Source of the DNA: Podarcis erhardii
Taxonomy: Eukaryota
Direction: 5' to 3' (one strand)
DNA: 64,000 nt
Assembly: GCA_964252035.1 (NCBI GenBank)
Contig: OZ176213.1
Positions 58,585 through 64,000 of the stretch are shown one piece after another; the first letter of the stretch is position 1, and each line of letters begins with the position of its first letter. Below the pieces are notes generated by a model. The model saw nothing but the letters and a program-made list of their open reading frames with translations, searched no databases and was not told where the DNA came from. The position numbers and the translations under genes were made by a program.

Positions 58585-59480
58585 TGGTGACACAGGGTGC
58601 TTCAGCTCCCCCCAGTTTTTTTTGCAGGTTGCAGCACCACCCCCTGCTGCTGGCGGGGACCCTCCACATGTCCCAGCCCCAGCCTCTGCTCGGCAGCCCA
58701 GAAGCCAGGAGGCGGCTTGGAGGGCGATGGAGGGCGTGGAGGGCGATCTCCATGCTTGCTCATCCCAGCCGCAGCTCAGCTCCCTGGCTGTGGCTAGGCT
58801 GTGGAAGCACAGAGCCCTTCGCGCGTCCTGCCTCTGCATGGTGCATGCTGGGGCGCATCACATGACAGCGCCCCCTGGCTTCAAGCTGGACTGTTGCAGC
58901 AACAGTGTGACCACACCTCCACCTAAAGTTAAGTACCCTTGCCTGACGGAGTGCATGCAAGCTACCTGCAACTACTCCTATACAGAAGTTGTTCCTGTGC
59001 CTGCCTCTTCAAGCCCCTGCTGGTCCTTGGAGACAGTTGCAGAGAGGATGGAGGGGATTCTACTGGCCCAGTCATCTCAGGAACAGTTTGCTCCTGGCAT
59101 GTCCTGCACCTCCTCCCCTGTCTCCAACTGCTTGGCCTCTTCCCCTTCCTTCAGCCATGGCTCCTGCCTCATGGGAGGCACAAAACTCCATAAATTGTTG
59201 ACCCCTTCTCCTGGATCAGTCTCAGAGCCCCCTGCCTCTGCCACACACACCTCAGAGCCCTGCCATCCCTGACACCAGATGGAATTTTGAATCAAGTCGG
59301 CAGACCAAAACATCACTTTGGCTTGACTTTGCCTGTTTTTTGACATTGCTTTGACCACCACTCAAGATATCATTGCCAAACTAGGCATGAGGGTTCCCAA
59401 AGTTGGGGCGAGGGTCATCTTTGATGTTTGGGTGTCAGACACCATTTTGAATCAAAATGAGTATTGCAAAATTCAAAGGA
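58585..59480. repeat. GC-rich degenerate DNA-transposon-like remnants (family unresolved)
   Basis: Begins cagtggtgacacagggtgcttcagctcccc (hAT-MITE-like); short local duplications (ggagggcga, tcagagcccc, gacacca..ttttgaatcaa). Confidence 0.3.
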
Positions 59481-59949
59481 TAATTGAATTGCGGTCTCTG
59501 CATTCATCCAGGGAAGTGTAAATCAAGTTGGTTCACTAAAAATGCAGACTGATCCTTAAGCATCTCTGCTCTTCGGAAAATGCAATTAAGATGGCAACCT
59601 AAAGGAATTAGAAGGAATGTTAATGGACAGAAGGCACAGACCTATTATCTTTAAAAATATCTCATGGAATCTCCCTCTTGAAGGCTGCTGTTTTTGTCAG
59701 TGCAGTCTATCAAAGGCCGCTTCTTTTCCTGCTGAATATTAAGCTCAGCACCCCAAACAAAACAGAGCAAAAGTCAAATAACAACCAACTCAGCCCCCCA
59801 CAGCAGACTCTGAGAATTTCCTGAGTTTATCTTTGGAATGCTACCTCACATCTGCACTTCATCAGCTAGAGCAAGAGGTCCTAACAAAGACCAGATGCAG
59901 CAAGGGGAGAAGTGATGGATTACAATATTTCTCCCCTCATTTAAAGGGG

Positions 59950-60045
59950 CACATCCTCAGTTTTCCACCTGTAAAATGGGAGTGCAAGCTGCCCGCTTCA
60001 TAGAGTTGTGAGGATAAAAGCAAAGCATTCATTTTTAAAGTGTTA
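59950..60045 (+). mobile_element. MIR/CORE-SINE remnant
   Basis: cctcagttttccacctgtaaaatggg...gttgtgaggataaaa. Confidence 0.65.
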
Positions 60046-62829
60046 TGAAATTATACATTTAATTATAACAATTCCAGACTCGGATGTTTTCTTGTCATTT
60101 GCTCCCCCCCCCACACTTTATTTGTGTTTCATTCATTCATATCAAAAGGACAGGGCATCAACTAGAAGAAGTGATGTGGGACAATTCTGCTGAAAACAGA
60201 AACTGAAGTGAAAATTGATGATGTTTGATTATTTGTCCCATGTCCAGAATGAAAATTAAACCAGCAAACACAGCCAGTATTGCTACGGTTGCTGCTTTTA
60301 GCCCACAAATGATACATAATTGATTATGTTTTCCCCTATTTAAACTGTGTTTCCTTTGCATTGAAATGGATGGGGTGGAATAACATAATGGCAACATAAT
60401 CTATGTCATTAATTAACTAAATTACAGAAGTTTTGCCATAGCAAACAGCATGACAAATAATATGGATTTTGGAGGAAAATGAACTGCAGTGGAATGGAAA
60501 CAGTGCTGCATGTAAAAAACAAAGGGTGGAATGGAAAATGATGCCTTCTTACATTCCTACCTAGAAGTATAGGATATATTGCACCTTGTTCACAAAATCT
60601 CTCACTGATGTGATTGAGATGCTTTTTAGAATGGCAAATGGACTAAAGACTGAAAAAAGGGGCATCCTGAATTACCTTGTGGAACAGCAGCTCTCATAAG
60701 GCTAAAAAGTTATCTAAAACTGAGAACATTGCAGTACCTTAGTGACATATACAAGTCACAAAAACAAAGTATGTAAAAATGAACTTCACCACTAGATGTG
60801 GGAACTAAAGAATATGACCTAATTTTGCAAGGGCTATGATTGAGCATCCTTTCTTAAAATCAATAAATCTTCAGCTGTCCAACGGAACATATGCAGTTGC
60901 CTTATGCCAAGTCAGGCCATTGGTCTACCCAGATATACCACTGAGCTACAGCCCTTCTTGTTAGGGACCTTGCAGGAGAAAGACATCTACTCAACAGAAG
61001 GCAGCAATGCCATGTTAACACTGCGAAAGTCACTTCCCATTGAATTAAAATCAATGGGGATAGCTTTGCTGCGGGTGGGGGAAGGAGAAATTTTATCTTT
61101 TGCAGGACAAATATGCTCCAGCAGATTAGCACAGAAGAACGTAATATTAAACTGTGGGGGAGAGACAACTGGTAACTGATGTGGGATTAAAAAATGATAG
61201 GGGTAAAGGGCTGTGTGTGTGACATGCCTGACAGTGATGTAACTGAGCTACCACTCAGCCACACTGATAGAAGTAGGAAGCCAAGGACTGCCATTTACCA
61301 GCAAGCTGGGTTAGTGACTTGAATGGTAATAAAATACTGATTCTCCATGCAATAGGAGCATGTGATGGGCTGGCTTTGTCTGGGTGACAGCTGCAAACAA
61401 CTCCACAAACCCCAGGAAAACCACAGTATAAATGCCTGATGACTAATTTCAGCGTTCTCATTGGAAAAAAGCAGCAACACAACACTAAATAAATGTGAAG
61501 AACCCTAATGTTGAACAGTACAAACAACTTTGTCCCCTCTACCCAGCCCCACCTGCTTCCCTCCCCAGGAGGAGACAGGAACTAGAGAAGGAAAAGTATC
61601 ATCCTGTCAGGTCCCCATCAGGATGGGAGCCATATTGAAGAACTATATAGCTGAAATGGACCTCAAGATTTCCTGAGTTAAAAAAACACACCCTAGGCCG
61701 GGGCCAGGAAGAGGGCAAAGCACTATTCCCAGCTGGCTCATACTTCTCCCTCCCGCTTCCACTTTCAGAAGTAGAAACAGAAGGATGCCCAAGTCCCCAG
61801 AAACACCTTCCGCTCTGGGTTCCTCTACGGTTTGCTTCAAGCACACAAATGACAGCTGGAAATTATATGGAAGGGCCACTGTACAGCTTACTTCCATTTC
61901 TGGCGCATGTCACCAAGCTCCTGCCATACACTGGCTTCAGTCAACTTAACAGGGTGAAGTTTCTGCACGATACCTATAATAACAGGTAATAATTCCCTTA
62001 GGTTGTGCATTTGGAAAAAGCCAGGTTTTATAATTGGTTTATTTGCTGTTCACCCATGTATTTTAGCATTGCAGGAGCAAAAGCAAAGCAGATACCAAGT
62101 TATATTGGTTTTAGCTATCATTACATCCTGCAGAGAATCCTCATAGCTGTAGTTTGGTGCCGGTGCAGATCTCTGTTAGAGATCCCAAACGAGGCAGAAT
62201 TTGCTGATGAAACAAATGACAGTTAAACCAATTCAGTTCTGTTGCGCAGACATCACCCCTTTCCCAGTCCATTCTACCGTCTACATATGTATGCTTATTT
62301 TTTATAAAAGAAAAAGATGGATATAAGCATCTGTTGTTTCCCAAAGAAAGCCAAGAACATCTGTAACTTGGGCTTAAAAAGATATAATCATCACACATGT
62401 TTGGATTTAGTGAAGGATACAACTAACACAAAAATTATGCAAAAAAGGAAGAAAGGCACAGAGGGTTGTATCCAATGCTAGCCCTACTATTGAAATTAAT
62501 GGAAATACCTAACTTAGTTTCATTAATTTCAGTAGGCCTACTCTGAGCATAACTGAGATAGCTACAACCTTGAATATTCAAAAATTTAAAAAAGCAAAAC
62601 ATACTGATTTCAAGCTACAGTTAGCTGCTATTCTTATTTTAACATTCTTGTAGTTCGGTGGGGGGTGGGGGAGGCAGGTCTGTGACCCTCCAGATATTGC
62701 TCCAGATCTGCCATGGATCTCAAACCCTTGGTAAATTAAGAACTTGCCCTGCATGTGAAAACAGGCTCTGGTAAATTGAGCAGACAAGACCAACATTGTG
62801 CCCAATGGTAAAGAAGGTGATTACTGCAT

Positions 62830-63230
62830 GTGCTATAGAGGAAAGTTAGGGGCAGATGGGGCTTATCAACTGGGAAGGTAGCCCATCTGGAAGAAACACT
62901 TTGATTCTAAACGTCCGCTGCCTTGAGGGATATCTTCAGGAGAAGAGAAGGCTAAGGAGTAAACCCTACATAAATCCAGAGTTGAGTCCCTAAGACAGTT
63001 GGATGGTGCCTTGTACACATCCTTCCGTCAACTCCTGCAGCCCAGCTGGTGTCAAATGCATTGCTATACTTTCCTCTGGACCACATGAGAGATGCCAAGA
63101 AGTGGGTATTGTTGTCTGGGCAGCCTGGGAGCTCCATACACACTGCCTAGGCTTGCACTCCAAGAAGGTCACTTCGGTGCTGCTAAGGCAGCATTTTGAT
63201 TTCACCCCTGTAAGTGTACTCCATTGTCCC
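62830..63230 (+). mobile_element. RTE-clade retroelement 5' fragment (tentative)
   Basis: gcccatctggaagaaacactttgattctaaacgtccgctgccttg...aggagtaaaccct resembles recalled RTE 5' regions. Confidence 0.35.
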
Positions 63231-64000
63231 TTGAGACTGATGAATGCCATCATCTCTAAACATTAAGCCATGCTGGCTGGGGACGAAGGGAGTTGGAGTC
63301 CAGCAGTATCTGGAGGGCAACAGATTGTCCACCACTGATTTAGTTTTACCACTATATTAGGAACTGTGTATAGAGATATGATATGAATGAGGAGCACAAG
63401 TTGCACCTTTATTTATTTATTGCTCCAATTGCCAGGTGTGTGTTTTTTACTGGATACTTCTGCCACTGTTTCATATTATTCATATACATTTTTGCTTTTG
63501 TTCTTTTTACATCTGCTGTCTGTTTTTACAAGCATTTTACTGCTTTTTACTATAGATTTATTTTGATTGAATACTTTCAGGTCATTAGCTGTTTTCAATT
63601 TTTTATGTGAAAGGCATATTTTAAAGTAAAATTAGCTTTTGCAAATAAAGACAAGAGCTGTAGTAACACACACACACACACTGGAGAAAGAGTTGCTTGA
63701 CTGTCCTTAGCACTCATCAACATGACCAATTTTTGTCCTGCAAATGGAATTACTCTCATAAAGTGCACATCAGCATGATGCGATGCTAAATTTGTCTTTG
63801 GAAGACAGATACGGCAAGAGAAACTCCCAAGTGACAATTTCCCCTCACATACTTTTGGTTATTTTTCCTGTCAGTAAGCAATTAAAAAAAAAAAAAAAAT
63901 CTCCAAACTTCTTGCTTTCATTGCCAGGATCTGAGAGTTTGATTTTTAATTTTGCTTGGGAAGAGGCCCAGATAACTCTAGTCCCTGAAAAGCCTTGATT

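Noticed and set aside
58622-59272. 216-aa plus-strand ORF, considered as TMEM204 or a transposase
   Set aside because: Low-complexity P/S/A/C sequence from GC-rich repeat remnants; no transmembrane helices or TMEM204 motifs.

Overview
Eukaryotic (vertebrate) genomic DNA from a squamate reptile. Sauria SINE, BovB, Penelope, CR1 and L2 repeats point to a lizard, probably a lacertid; the species is inference. Four intron-containing genes were assembled by hand from splice sites and reading-frame phase. (1) An unnamed 4-coding-exon gene on the minus strand (4264->170, 394 aa). It has an N-terminal Tc1/IS630-transposase-like helix-turn-helix, a TQT (LC8-type) motif and a C-terminal coiled coil, but no DDE catalytic domain. 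(2) RNPS1 (+, 7 coding exons, 307 aa; a shorter isoform is possible through an AT|G start codon formed by splicing). (3) TELO2 (+, 20 coding exons, 828 aa). (4) The 3' 12 exons of IFT140 (-), convergent with TELO2 and including one GC-AG intron. Introns carry many SINE/LINE/MITE insertions, some with intact target-site duplications. Most short ORFs in the supplied track are artefacts. There are no prokaryotic systems, CRISPR arrays or rRNA/tRNA genes. Family and repeat names come from recalled sequence similarity, not database searches. Repeat boundaries without TSD/TIR evidence are approximate.
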